Below, one piece after another: positions 33,078-42,600 of a stretch of DNA of 64,000 bases (its first letter is position 1; each line of letters opens with the position of its first letter). The notes beneath the pieces are model-generated. The model saw nothing but the letters and a program-made list of their open reading frames with translations. It was not told the DNA's origin and did not search any database. The DNA is from a virus (Duplodnaviria; Heunggongvirae; Uroviricota; Caudoviricetes). The translations under genes and the position numbers were made by a program. Where the stretch lies: the IMG/VR virus record IMGVR_UViG_3300037400_003880. One strand, given 5' to 3'.

Positions 33078-33278
33078 ATGAAAATTCTAAAGCAAGGTTC
33101 AGAAAAGAAATTAAAAGAAACTCGAATTAAGAAACATCGTATTATGATTTTTGAGTGTTACTGGTGCGGGTGTAAATGGGAAGCTGGTGCGGATAATGGA
33201 GAAGTTTACACGAACAAATATGAAGAAGACTATGCTATTTGTCCTTTCTGTAAGAGAACTATTTGTCATGAGGGATAA
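33078..33278 (+). CDS. small zinc-ribbon protein
   Basis: GGGGAGAGG ribosome-binding site, then ATG at 33078. CxxC...CxxC. Confidence 0.45.
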   Translation: MKILKQGSEKKLKETRIKKHRIMIFECYWCGCKWEAGADNGEVYTNKYEEDYAICPFCKRTICHEG

Positions 33279-33280
33279 AG

Positions 33281-33544
33281 ATGGAAGCCAATAGTTTTGA
33301 AGAAGAAATGCGTTTAGACCAGTGGCGAGTAAATCAAACAGCATGGGAGCAGAAATACTATTTTGAGGCAAATGGCTTCACTGAAGAAGATTTGGAATAT
33401 GAGGCAGAAATGAGAAGTCAATATTGGTCTGAATATATGACAGACTGGTCATGGTGTAATACTTATCTTGATAGTAATAGTGGCTGTAGTCCGCTGCCGC
33501 CAAAAGGACTTTTTGATATTGGTTCAGAAAGGATTGTTGTATAA
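33281..33544 (+). CDS. hypothetical protein
   Basis: Track ORF. Confidence 0.45.
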   Translation: MEANSFEEEMRLDQWRVNQTAWEQKYYFEANGFTEEDLEYEAEMRSQYWSEYMTDWSWCNTYLDSNSGCSPLPPKGLFDIGSERIVV

Positions 33545-33849
33545 TGAAAATAACTCCGGAAATTGCAGAGCGAATCAACGAACTGTATTTAGAGATTGGC
33601 GTAAAAAAGAGAGTTGCAGAGATTATCGGCTGTTCTCCTTCAACAGTTTCTAAATATATTGTTCCTAATTACATTTCTAAAAAGGAGCGTAAGACCTATA
33701 CCTTTGAGGGATACGTCGGGGATTCTAAATGGTTAATTGATATTTTCAAAACGTTTGATGACCCCGGTACCCGTCTATGCGAATTATGTATGCTCGGAAA
33801 GAACGAATATGAAGAAATGCGGGAACTTCAAAAGGAGATTTATGTATGA
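33544..33849 (+). CDS. helix-turn-helix DNA-binding protein
   Basis: VAEIIGCSPSTVSKYI is HTH-like. Confidence 0.5.
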   Translation: MKITPEIAERINELYLEIGVKKRVAEIIGCSPSTVSKYIVPNYISKKERKTYTFEGYVGDSKWLIDIFKTFDDPGTRLCELCMLGKNEYEEMRELQKEIYV

Positions 33850-34136
33850 AATTTATTCCGGTGTCTGACTGTAATGAAACTAATTGGCGCATTGGCGTAG
33901 ATGAACTTGATTGGGCGGTAAGAAAAAACTCGTGCGGCTGTTCTTTTAATGTTCTGCCAGCGCGACTTCTGCAAATGTCATATCCAGATTATCTGAAGTA
34001 TCTCCGTGCAAACGGGGGCGAGTTACGCGGGCGAGAAGGGTATTCGTATGTGACCTTTAAGGATAAAAAAATTTGTGAAAAATTCTGTTTCCAGTTAAAC
34101 AAAGAGTGGGATAGAATTAAGGAGTATGTTGAATAA
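33846..34136 (+). CDS. hypothetical protein
   Basis: Track ORF. Confidence 0.45.
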   Translation: MKFIPVSDCNETNWRIGVDELDWAVRKNSCGCSFNVLPARLLQMSYPDYLKYLRANGGELRGREGYSYVTFKDKKICEKFCFQLNKEWDRIKEYVE

Positions 34137-34161
34137 TATCAGATGATATGGAGGGAGACGG

Positions 34162-34893
34162 ATGTCTAAAGTTCATGAGTTAACCGGACAATAGTTCGGA
34201 GAATTAAAAGTTTTATATCGTAATGGAAGTAAAAATGGGCGAGCACTATGGCGATGTTTATGTTCTTGTGGAAAAGAAATTGATATTACTGGCAATAAAT
34301 TATTAACTGGTCATAATAAGAGTTGCGGTTGTGCTTCAAATAAGTTAAGAAAAGAAAATTTAGAAGATTTAACAGGGTAGAAATTTTCTTTTTTAACCGT
34401 AATTTCGCAAGATGAGATGGACCATAAAAATGGTAGAAGATATTGGATTTGTCAATGTGATTGTGGAAATAAAACTGTAGTATGTACAAATCATTTAAAG
34501 TCTGGAGCTATTCAAAGTTGTGGTTGTATCAAGTCCAAAGGAGAAATGATTGTTTCTTAGCTCTTAAGAGAAATGAATATCCCTTTTGAAAGATAGAAAA
34601 GTTTTCGTGAATTAGTAGGAGATAAAGGAACTGCACTTAGGTTCGATTTTTATTTGAATGATATGAATATTCTAATAGAATATCAAGGAGAATAGCATTA
34701 TCAAGAGACAAGAAATTGGGAAAATAGAAATAATTTTTCTCAACGGCAGAGGTATGATTAGTTAAAAAGAGATTATTGTATGAATAATGGAATTACATTA
34801 ATTGAAATCCCCTATACAGATTTTAAATAGATAAATAGAGATTATTTAGAAAAGAGGTTAAAAAATGTATCCAGAAAAGAAAACTTGGTATAA
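34162..34893 (+). CDS. Cys-repeat zinc-binding plus DUF559/Vsr-like nuclease-domain protein (243 aa, 8 in-frame TAG); paralog 1 of 3
   Basis: GGAGGGAG ribosome-binding site. Repeats LTGQ.FG.L.V...W.C.C.CG...CGC. The C-terminus RFDFYL..IEYQGEQHY...RQRYDQLKRDYC..I.LIEIPY is readable only through TAGs. Confidence 0.55.
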
Positions 34894-35120
34894 AGTTTAT
34901 AAAATTTATCGTGGTATTAAAGAATTAATCGGCTCATACCAAGAAGCCGAAGACGCTCATGAGGCGGCACAGCGATATAATACCCCTCATACCTATATTA
35001 CAATTGAAAAAACTTCTAAACCCCATTCAGAGGTAGGAAACTATTAAACATTATGTCTATCTTTCTTACTTATAAGTATGGTAGGTGTACCTACCCATCT
35101 TATATATAGGAGGGATATTA

Positions 35121-35333
35121 ATGCCAAATAACACAACTCCGGAGATTGAGGTTATCGCTGGTCGTATTTACGAGGTTAGACACTTTATTGACGAGACTAA
35201 TTCTGCTCGTACCAATACTGTTATTCATAAGCAGGAGCTTTATGGAGCAGGTGACGTAAAGAAAGATCAAACCATGCGTTTAGAGCTTGAAGCGGCAGAA
35301 AAGGCTGGCGGAGACGACGGCGGAAAAGACTAA
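35121..35333 (+). CDS. hypothetical protein (70 aa)
   Basis: AGGAGGGA ribosome-binding site. Followed by a terminator. Confidence 0.45.
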   Translation: MPNNTTPEIEVIAGRIYEVRHFIDETNSARTNTVIHKQELYGAGDVKKDQTMRLELEAAEKAGGDDGGKD

Positions 35334-35351
35334 TCAATCTTGAAAATTTAA

Positions 35352-35376
35352 AGGGACGGCATTAGTCGTCCCTTTT
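35352..35376 (+). terminator. rho-independent terminator (GGGACG..CGTCCC plus TTTT)
   Basis: Hairpin followed by a T-run. Confidence 0.65.
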
Positions 35377-35410
35377 ATGCATTTTATATAATTTTAAGGA
35401 GGAGATATAA

Positions 35411-37120
35411 ATGAGAAAATTAATAAGCGTGCTTACAGCAGCATCCCTAATGGTTTTCTCCATCATACCATTATCAACAGGCGCGAAGACAAACAAAGAA
35501 CTTCTTAATTATGAAGATAATGGAGAATTACTTGGCGTAGCTTCAGCTTTTTCTGTGTTTGTTGAGGAAGATTTTGGGGCAAATGGCTGTGACTGTGAAG
35601 GAAGAATTTTTGCAGGTCATAGTGCAAATGTTGGAGAAGCAACTTCTTACGCTGTAGCAGAAGATTCTGGTGCAAGTGTAATAATTTCAGACGGAATCCT
35701 TTTTAATTTTGATAAGGGAAATCGGATTTTCGTCTATGGTTCAAATGGAGAAACGCAGCTTACTGGAGACAATGTTTATCAAGCAGACTTAATTGCAGCT
35801 CACGAAGAGTTTGAAAAATTGAGAGAGAAAAGCAGAAAACTTTCTCAAAAAAATAATGGAGAAGTGAAAATAAATCCTTACTGGAACGCACAGATTGATT
35901 TTGTTGGTACTGATCCAGATTTTAATATATTCAATTTAGACAGCAATATGATTGACTCTTGCAATTATTTCTTTAATTATGAAGTCCCAGAAGGGTCTTA
36001 TGTTATTATAAATATTGCAGGTCAAGATTTAACCACATATACACAGCTTTATGGAATGCAATATGCAGGTCATAGAGCTACAAATAATAAAGATGAAGTT
36101 TCTAAGTATATTCTCTTTAATTTTTATGAAGCAGAGAACTTAGCTATTGCAGGAACAGGAACTCTCTATGGAACAGTTTTTGCTCCTTTTGCAAATGCTG
36201 GGGACGATATGACTGAAGGTGCGCACAACGCCGGTGGAGTAATTGCGAAGAGTTATATCGGAGGAATTGAGTTCGGTAATTGCACCTATGATGGAGGTGA
36301 ACCGGATGAAGTACAAATTCCAACTGAAACTACAGAAGCAACTACTACTACCAGTATTACGACTACCAGTACTGCAACTACCAGTACTGAATTATCTACA
36401 ACTACGACTAAAGGAACTACAACTACCGAAAGGGAAACTGAGACAAGCTCTACCACTTCTACTCGCAGAGCGACAACTACTCTACCTACTACAACTACGT
36501 CTACAACAAATCTTACAACTAATACAACAACCTCAACAAGTACAACAACAAGCACAACAAGCACAACAACAAGTACAACAACCGGAACAACTACTTCAAT
36601 CACGAGTATTACAGGATCTACCGAAAGACCTACAAGTAGCTCAACAACAATTACAACTACTAAGCAAACTACAACAAGTACTACATCCACAACTCCAAGA
36701 CCAATAGAGACAACTACTACCGATAGAGAGACTACAACTTCAGCAACGACAACAACTGAAACAACTACAACTACTACAGGAGAGGTTAAAGGAACTACAG
36801 AAGTAAGTACCAATCCAACAACTATGGACTGGGCAACTGATATTCAAACAACAAGTGAGGCGACTACAATTGAAACACAGACAAGCGAGTCTGAAACAAC
36901 AACTAATACCACAGTTGAGTCAACTGGAACCAGCACAACGGTTTGCAGTAGTGGAAGTAGAGCTACTGAGGAGTCTACAACCAGTACAAGCGAAACTACT
37001 ATCGGAAACGTGGAGTCAGCGAAAACTGGAGACTCAGTGGACGCTGGAAAAGTTGCCGGAGTTTGCGGCCTTGCAATGATTGTAGGATTACTGGCTATAT
37101 TTGGAAAGAAAGAGGAATAA
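35411..37120 (+). CDS. secreted cell-surface protein with Thr-rich mucin-like linker and C-terminal membrane anchor
   Basis: Signal peptide, then a globular N-terminal domain, about 200 aa of T/S/E repeats, and a C-terminal ..SAKTGDS..hydrophobic stretch..KKEE (sortase-anchor-like). Confidence 0.65.
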   Translation: MRKLISVLTAASLMVFSIIPLSTGAKTNKELLNYEDNGELLGVASAFSVFVEEDFGANGCDCEGRIFAGHSANVGEATSYAVAEDSGASVIISDGILFNFDKGNRIFVYGSNGETQLTGDNVYQADLIAAHEEFEKLREKSRKLSQKNNGEVKINPYWNAQIDFVGTDPDFNIFNLDSNMIDSCNYFFNYEVPEGSYVIINIAGQDLTTYTQLYGMQYAGHRATNNKDEVSKYILFNFYEAENLAIAGTGTLYGTVFAPFANAGDDMTEGAHNAGGVIAKSYIGGIEFGNCTYDGGEPDEVQIPTETTEATTTTSITTTSTATTSTELSTTTTKGTTTTERETETSSTTSTRRATTTLPTTTTSTTNLTTNTTTSTSTTTSTTSTTTSTTTGTTTSITSITGSTERPTSSSTTITTTKQTTTSTTSTTPRPIETTTTDRETTTSATTTTETTTTTTGEVKGTTEVSTNPTTMDWATDIQTTSEATTIETQTSESETTTNTTVESTGTSTTVCSSGSRATEESTTSTSETTIGNVESAKTGDSVDAGKVAGVCGLAMIVGLLAIFGKKEE

Positions 37121-37127
37121 GATAATT

Positions 37128-37156
37128 AAAGCCGTTCATTCTTGAACGGCTTTTTA
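37128..37156 (+). terminator. rho-independent terminator (AAAGCCGTTC..GAACGGCTTTTT)
   Basis: 9 bp stem followed by a T-run. Confidence 0.7.
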
Positions 37157-37157
37157 T

Positions 37158-37186
37158 TTGACTTTTTCTATAATTTTTGTTATAAT
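37158..37186 (+). promoter_or_regulatory. conserved promoter
   Basis: TTGACTTTTTC..TGTTATAAT. Confidence 0.5.
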
Positions 37187-37223
37187 TATTATAGAAAAAT
37201 GAAATAAAGGGAAGGGAGAAGAA

Positions 37224-37550
37224 ATGAAAAAGCTATTGATTTATATTGGAGAAGGCGGAGTAAATGGTCAAGCATATGGGTGTGATTGGTACCTTCACCT
37301 TAAAGATAGGTCTGAGTTTGAGGAGATGTTAGTTGCGGCAGAAGAGCCTGAGTGTGGTTATGATGGTTTCGTAATTCATTTTGATGGGCTTGATTTAGAT
37401 AGTTTATTCTGGATGATTCATAGCGGTAGAGTGACTAATAACTACGAAGTCAGAATGCATGGAAGTAAAGAGGATTATAAGATTTTCAGAGCAATAGTAG
37501 ACCATGAGTGGAAGGATCAAACAGGCTGGTTTAGGAAAATAAAGGTGTGA
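37224..37550 (+). CDS. hypothetical protein
   Basis: Track ORF with GGGAGGG ribosome-binding site. Confidence 0.5.
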   Translation: MKKLLIYIGEGGVNGQAYGCDWYLHLKDRSEFEEMLVAAEEPECGYDGFVIHFDGLDLDSLFWMIHSGRVTNNYEVRMHGSKEDYKIFRAIVDHEWKDQTGWFRKIKV

Positions 37551-37816
37551 GAACAGGAGCTGATAGAATGTATCGCTATATTTTTAGTAAGGTTTATAAA
37601 TGTAGGACGTGTGGCGGACTTGTCCGCGGCAGTTCTTTCTCTTTCTGTGATCCTGATTATATCGAGATAGATGGGAAAGAGATGGAGGGCAAATTGGATT
37701 TTTTCTCAGGGGAGTATAATGATAGGTATAAGCTTCATTATTGTGATAGTGGTTTTTATAGCTTATGTGATTTCGTTGGCTTGCAGGCTATGGACATTAA
37801 GGGCGGAAAAGAATGA
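37547..37816 (+). CDS. hypothetical Cys-rich protein
   Basis: Track ORF. Confidence 0.45.
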   Translation: MRTGADRMYRYIFSKVYKCRTCGGLVRGSSFSFCDPDYIEIDGKEMEGKLDFFSGEYNDRYKLHYCDSGFYSLCDFVGLQAMDIKGGKE

Positions 37817-38055
37817 ATGTATATATTTTCTCTGGGCTTTTGCTGATTCTTGCGGCAGTACTTAAAATACTGTTAAGGTGGCTTTTCCCTGAAGCTTTTG
37901 CATGGGAATCCCGTGCTAAGAAACTTTGGGAGTATTTTACTATCACAGTTTTTATTATACTTGGAATACTAAATATCGTCAAAGGATACGTTAATCCAGC
38001 ACAAGAAACAATAAAAGGATTGGAGGTTGAAGTGACATATGAGAATAGGGTTTGA
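37813..38055 (+). CDS. small membrane protein
   Basis: Track ORF with two transmembrane helices. Confidence 0.45.
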   Translation: MNVYIFSGLLLILAAVLKILLRWLFPEAFAWESRAKKLWEYFTITVFIILGILNIVKGYVNPAQETIKGLEVEVTYENRV

Positions 38056-38611
38056 TATTGATAATGTAATTTGCAATACTACAGAATGTGTTGTTGATTA
38101 TATAAACGAGAGACTGCCCGGAGTAAATCTTGAAATGGAAGATTTATACTCTTATTGGGTAGAGAAAAACATTCCCAAAGAATATCAGTGGATTGGAGAA
38201 ATGGCTTTCTCTGATCCGAAGATGTGGAAGAATGTGAAATTGATTGATGGCGCGGCAGAGGTAATTGAGAAACTTTATAAAGAAGGGCATTCAATTTATT
38301 TTGTGACTGCAACAACAGCGGAGAATTTTAAGAAGAAGCTCTCCTTTCTACAAAGGAGCTTTCCTTTCTTGTCTGAACATTACATTAAGCGGCACTCCAT
38401 CAGTATTAAAGAAAAGCAGCTTTTGGACTTAGATGTACTTGTTGATGATTACCAAGAAAATTTGATAGGAAAACGAACCTACACAAGCCTCTGTTATGAC
38501 TATCCTTGGAATCGTGGAATTGTGGATAATGGAGATACTTTCAGAAGGGTTTATAATTGGAATCAAATTTATAGTGTTATCCAAGAGATTGGGCAGTACT
38601 GTATAAGATAG
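38039..38611 (+). CDS. HAD-family 5'(3')-deoxyribonucleotidase
   Basis: FDIDNVI (DxDxV/T) nucleophile motif at the N-terminus. Confidence 0.65.
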   Translation: MRIGFDIDNVICNTTECVVDYINERLPGVNLEMEDLYSYWVEKNIPKEYQWIGEMAFSDPKMWKNVKLIDGAAEVIEKLYKEGHSIYFVTATTAENFKKKLSFLQRSFPFLSEHYIKRHSISIKEKQLLDLDVLVDDYQENLIGKRTYTSLCYDYPWNRGIVDNGDTFRRVYNWNQIYSVIQEIGQYCIR

Positions 38612-38613
38612 GA

Positions 38614-38853
38614 GTGGTAATAATGTTAAATATTGTAAAAAATGGCAGCGTTGAAGAAATAGAAAAATGTCAAAGACAGACTAAAGAATTTTTTTGTAAG
38701 AATTGCGGCTGTATTTGGGAAGCAGACAAGGGCGATTATAAAATTGAACATGGCTTAACAAATACGATTTATATTGGAATGCCTTGCCCTTTTTGTGGAA
38801 AGTATACTTACTATGAAAAAATTTTATTTGAAGGAGATATTGATGAAACTTAA
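38614..38853 (+). CDS. small zinc-ribbon protein
   Basis: CxxC..CxxC. Confidence 0.45.
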   Translation: MVIMLNIVKNGSVEEIEKCQRQTKEFFCKNCGCIWEADKGDYKIEHGLTNTIYIGMPCPFCGKYTYYEKILFEGDIDET

Positions 38854-39241
38854 CGAACCGAAAGTTGAAATTGTTCGCCGCGGCGTTAACCCAACGGTAG
38901 ATTTTACTTTCTCGGATAATTTTTGTCCATGCTGTGGGACAAATTGCCAGAAAATACAAGTCGAAAGATTTACCAGAGAGGGGTTCCTTTTTACTTATTA
39001 TGGGCGAAAAGCGACGATTAAATGTCCCTCTTGTGAGACTGTTTTCCAGAAAGAGATTTGTGACAATAAGGGATTAACAAACCTTTCTGATGCCGTTTTT
39101 CTTTTTTCAATGATAATTCTTATGCTATCCATTTTAAGCCTTATTATCTTTTCTGCTTTGAATATTACAATTGGAACTGGATTTTCTTTAGTTATTGTAA
39201 TTATTTCTTTTGCTGTTTGTGGTGCGGCGGCTTCAGATTAA
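38843..39241 (+). CDS. membrane protein with N-terminal zinc ribbon
   Basis: GAAGGAG ribosome-binding site, then ATG at 38843. Confidence 0.45.
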   Translation: MKLNEPKVEIVRRGVNPTVDFTFSDNFCPCCGTNCQKIQVERFTREGFLFTYYGRKATIKCPSCETVFQKEICDNKGLTNLSDAVFLFSMIILMLSILSLIIFSALNITIGTGFSLVIVIISFAVCGAAASD

Positions 39242-39253
39242 GGAGGGTTTATA

Positions 39254-39571
39254 ATGAAAGATTTTGTTCCTGTTGATAAGATTAGAGTTCAAACACGGCT
39301 AAAGCGGGATGAATTCTGTGCGAAAGAAAAAGACTGGGTAATCAACTATATCAATACAAAGATGGAGGCAGCGGCGGACAAGGGATATTCCGAGGTTACT
39401 GTCGATTTATCCGATAGTTTTGACTATATTGACCTGTATGATTTTGCTCAAACTCATATTCAAAAACGTCTTAAAGAGCTCGATTATGGCGTTTATGTAA
39501 ATCCGCCAGAAATGGATGAAAGCGGATGTAGAAACATTAAGATATATATTGCTTGGGGGATTGAAGAATGA
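39254..39571 (+). CDS. hypothetical protein
   Basis: Track ORF with AAGGAGGG ribosome-binding site. Confidence 0.5.
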   Translation: MKDFVPVDKIRVQTRLKRDEFCAKEKDWVINYINTKMEAAADKGYSEVTVDLSDSFDYIDLYDFAQTHIQKRLKELDYGVYVNPPEMDESGCRNIKIYIAWGIEE

Positions 39572-39590
39572 TTATCGGAGGACTGAGAAG

Positions 39591-39908
39591 ATGACTATCG
39601 GGTCTTTGCTGGTGGGGTCAATTCTATTCCTAAATAAAGGAGTAATTCTCTTTCCACATGATGAAAGAATACAAACATTTATACTCTTTCCTGATGAAGA
39701 AGATGCAGCTTTTTGGCGTAGAGAATTATATCTTAGTCGTATGCCAGTAGGTATAAAGTATAAATTATTAGAACCATTTTATTTTTTCTACAAGCAAATA
39801 AATATGCCTCCTTGGAATATCATTGTATCAACTCGTATACAAACTACAGGAGAAGATTATATCTTTAAAGGCGGCGGAATTATAAAGGAGGGTAAAATTA
39901 AAGAATGA
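39591..39908 (+). CDS. hypothetical protein
   Basis: GGAGGACTGAGAAG ribosome-binding site, then ATG at 39591. Confidence 0.4.
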   Translation: MTIGSLLVGSILFLNKGVILFPHDERIQTFILFPDEEDAAFWRRELYLSRMPVGIKYKLLEPFYFFYKQINMPPWNIIVSTRIQTTGEDYIFKGGGIIKEGKIKE

Positions 39909-40396
39909 TTATTGGACGAGGAGACGTATTAGATACGCCAATCCGTATTATTGCGCATCAAGTTAATTGCAAGGGTGTAATGGGTGCTGGGCTTGCGAAG
40001 CAAATAAGAGATAAGTATCCTCGTGTATACTCTTGTTATAAGAAGCATTGTGAAACATTTAATTATGATTTACTTGGAGCGAAGGCGCACATTGTTAATA
40101 GTGATGATACTCGTAAGCCAGAGCATATTTTTATAAATATTTTTGGACAGGATGGATATGGAAGAGAATCCGTGCAAACCGACTATCAGGCTTTTAAGAA
40201 TAGTCTTACAGAAGGGCTTGAATTTTATCGCACTGTAGCGTGTGATTGTAACTATACTATGCAAATTCCTATCGCAATTCCCTATGGAATTGGTTGCGGT
40301 TTAGCCGGCGGCGACTGGGATAAGATAAAAGATATTCTGGAAGAGATTGAGCAGGAAGAGAATGTGTTATTTTTTGCCTATAAGAAGGAGGATTAA
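39905..40396 (+). CDS. macro domain protein (ADP-ribose binding/hydrolase)
   Basis: IIAHQVNCKGVMGAGLAKQI and GIGCGLAGGDW are macro-domain signatures. Confidence 0.75.
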   Translation: MIIGRGDVLDTPIRIIAHQVNCKGVMGAGLAKQIRDKYPRVYSCYKKHCETFNYDLLGAKAHIVNSDDTRKPEHIFINIFGQDGYGRESVQTDYQAFKNSLTEGLEFYRTVACDCNYTMQIPIAIPYGIGCGLAGGDWDKIKDILEEIEQEENVLFFAYKKED

Positions 40397-40399
40397 GTA

Positions 40400-40762
40400 A
40401 TGAATATTAAAGAGATTTATGAGAAGTGGTGCGACGAAGACCTCATGACAGATGAAGAGTTGGAATGTCTTAGCTCTTTTATCTTAACTAAACTTGAGCA
40501 GGGCGAGGTGCTTTCACAGGTTGACTTCCAGTTTATCTTTGAGCAATGGGATTATGAGACTGGGAACTTCGTTGAAGAGTGGAGTCATGGGTGGATTGTC
40601 TATGATTATATTATAGAGGCACCTAATGGAAAGCATTATATGTTTCAGGCTGCGCACCATGACGATTATGGGTTTGAGGATGAAATTGAGGAACAAGTCT
40701 GTCCAGAAGTTGAGTGGAAGAAGGTTTCAAAATTTATGTGGGTAGAGGTTAAGAATGGCTGA
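40400..40762 (+). CDS. hypothetical acidic protein
   Basis: Track ORF. Confidence 0.45.
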   Translation: MNIKEIYEKWCDEDLMTDEELECLSSFILTKLEQGEVLSQVDFQFIFEQWDYETGNFVEEWSHGWIVYDYIIEAPNGKHYMFQAAHHDDYGFEDEIEEQVCPEVEWKKVSKFMWVEVKNG

Positions 40763-40913
40763 GTATAACTGGTGGGATGACCGTACTGTTGAAGAGAACG
40801 ACGATATGATGTGTCCTATTATTAGCTACCCTTGCTCACATGAAAATTGCGGCGAGTGTGAGGATTATAAGGCTTTTATTGAGTGCTGTGAAAGTAAGAC
40901 TAAGGAAGAATAA
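40759..40913 (+). CDS. small Cys-rich protein (51 aa)
   Basis: ATG overlaps the upstream stop. Below the 60 aa track cutoff. Confidence 0.35.
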
Positions 40914-40957
40914 GTAATGGTTGCCGATTGCCAATTTTTGGTAATCGGCACTTTTAT

Positions 40958-40986
40958 TTGACTTTTTTAGAAAATTATGATATAAT
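40958..40986 (+). promoter_or_regulatory. conserved promoter
   Basis: TTGACTTTTTT..ATGATATAAT. Confidence 0.55.
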
Positions 40987-41020
40987 TATTATAGTAAAGA
41001 TAAAGGAGAGTGAACAAGCT

Positions 41021-41593
41021 ATGAATAAAATCTTTTTTACAAGTGACCTTCATTTCAATCATGATAGAGAGTTCATTTATGGACCTCGCGGCTTCAAGAC
41101 TGTACAGGAAATGAATGAGACTCTTATCCGTAACTGGAACGAGACAGTATATCTTTATGATGACGTTTATGTTCTTGGAGACTTTTTTCTTGGCACAGAT
41201 TATGCGTACATCAGAGAGGTTCTTGATAATCTGAACGGTCGTATTCATCTGGTAATCGGCAATCACGATACACCTTCCAAAATCACTGAGTATACAAACT
41301 GGAGCAACATTGTTGAAATTGCCGATGCACTTCGTATCAAGTACAAGAAGAGAGAGTTCTTCCTCTGCCATTACCCTGTTCTTACTGCAAGTCTTGAGCA
41401 GGACCCCGACAGAGCAGTAATCAATCTTTTCGGTCATACTCACAGCAAGGATAAGTTCTATGAGGATCGCCCCTATATGTACAATGTGGCTGTAGACGCA
41501 AATGATAATAAGCCAGTTGAGATTGAAGACATTCTCACGGCGTTCAACAACAAGGTTAAAGAGTGTATTTCAACACTCGGAGAGGATGAGTAA
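41021..41593 (+). CDS. calcineurin-like metallophosphoesterase (second copy, YfcE-like)
   Basis: SDLHFNHD, LGDFF, GNHD and GHTH motifs. Confidence 0.75.
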   Translation: MNKIFFTSDLHFNHDREFIYGPRGFKTVQEMNETLIRNWNETVYLYDDVYVLGDFFLGTDYAYIREVLDNLNGRIHLVIGNHDTPSKITEYTNWSNIVEIADALRIKYKKREFFLCHYPVLTASLEQDPDRAVINLFGHTHSKDKFYEDRPYMYNVAVDANDNKPVEIEDILTAFNNKVKECISTLGEDE

Positions 41594-41594
41594 A

Positions 41595-41879
41595 ATGAAA
41601 AAAGTACAGCTCACAGAGAACCAGAGTAAAGTTCTTGCAGTTCTTTACTACAATAAAAAGTTTGGAAAAAGCTATATGTCTATTAAGAAAATCAAGGAAG
41701 AGTGCGGTTTTGAGAAGAGTGGAACTGTAGTCGGCTGTCTGCAAGGACTGTGTGCAGGAAAATTGGTGGAGAGCAGAACTCAGGAGCTTCTTGATGGGAC
41801 TCTCCAAAAGTTTTATTATATCCCAAATCCAATTTTTAATGCGTTAAGAACAATTACTACCTTTGAAATGGAGGACTAA
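41595..41879 (+). CDS. hypothetical winged-helix-like protein
   Basis: ATG at 41595 with GGATGAG ribosome-binding site. Confidence 0.4.
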   Translation: MKKVQLTENQSKVLAVLYYNKKFGKSYMSIKKIKEECGFEKSGTVVGCLQGLCAGKLVESRTQELLDGTLQKFYYIPNPIFNALRTITTFEMED

Positions 41880-42060
41880 AATGATTTCATCTTGGGCTTT
41901 TATGATTTTCTTTAGTATTACCATTGGGGCATTCATTTATTATCTTGTACGAGCAATCCGTCTTGAAGATAAAATTGATATTGCTCGAAACATTTGTTTT
42001 ATTATTGTAAGTTTCTGCGGCTGGCTTATTAGCGTTGTTCAAATCTTTGGAGGTATTTAA
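41863..42060 (+). CDS. small membrane protein
   Basis: Track ORF. Confidence 0.4.
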   Translation: MKWRTKMISSWAFMIFFSITIGAFIYYLVRAIRLEDKIDIARNICFIIVSFCGWLISVVQIFGGI

Positions 42061-42366
42061 ATGAAATTTTCAAAAGGTTCTTTCCCTATCCAGAATATCC
42101 CCGCGATGCGGGAGAGAATTTGGGTAGTTAGTGGCTGGATTGACAGTACCAACACTTACGGATTCTACAAGTATAACAAGGTATGGAAGGCTACTGATCT
42201 CGTCAGCGGCACTCTCGTAGTTACTCAGCCGACCCGCAAGGCTTGTGCAGAGTGGATCGAAGCACATGAGGGAGCTATTGCAGAAAAGAAAGAAACCTAC
42301 GATTATCGTCTGAAGGTTGAATCTTTCCGTGTTGAACTTAAGGAGGCGCTGAATGAAGCAGAGTAA
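42061..42366 (+). CDS. hypothetical protein
   Basis: Track ORF. Confidence 0.45.
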   Translation: MKFSKGSFPIQNIPAMRERIWVVSGWIDSTNTYGFYKYNKVWKATDLVSGTLVVTQPTRKACAEWIEAHEGAIAEKKETYDYRLKVESFRVELKEALNEAE

Positions 42367-42529
42367 GTGGGGTAAGGTCAAAGAGAAGCTGTCTGATATT
42401 TTTCAGTTTCTTGTCGTTATTATCATTGTTGTGTTTCTTTTGGCAGCATTGATAGCTCCATATCTTGCAGTTGGAGAAGCTATATCAGAAGGAGACTTGC
42501 CTTGGTGGTCTATCCTGCTCATAAGATAA
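42353..42529 (+). CDS. small membrane protein (58 aa)
   Basis: AAGGAGG ribosome-binding site, then ATG at 42353. Confidence 0.35.
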   Translation: MKQSKWGKVKEKLSDIFQFLVVIIIVVFLLAALIAPYLAVGEAISEGDLPWWSILLIR

Positions 42530-42536
42530 AGTCTAT

Positions 42537-42565
42537 TTGACTTTTTTTGAATTTTATGATATACT
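42537..42565 (+). promoter_or_regulatory. conserved promoter (-10 TATACT variant)
   Basis: TTGACTTTTTTT..ATGATATACT. Confidence 0.5.
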
Positions 42566-42600
42566 ATATATAGTGAAAAGATAGAGAGGAGAATGCAAAT

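Noticed and set aside
36243-36813. ORFs 36243-36707 (+, Leu/Gln-rich) and 36286-36813 (-, Val-rich)
   Set aside because: Alternative-frame or antisense artefacts of the Thr-rich repeat region inside the surface protein gene 35411-37120.
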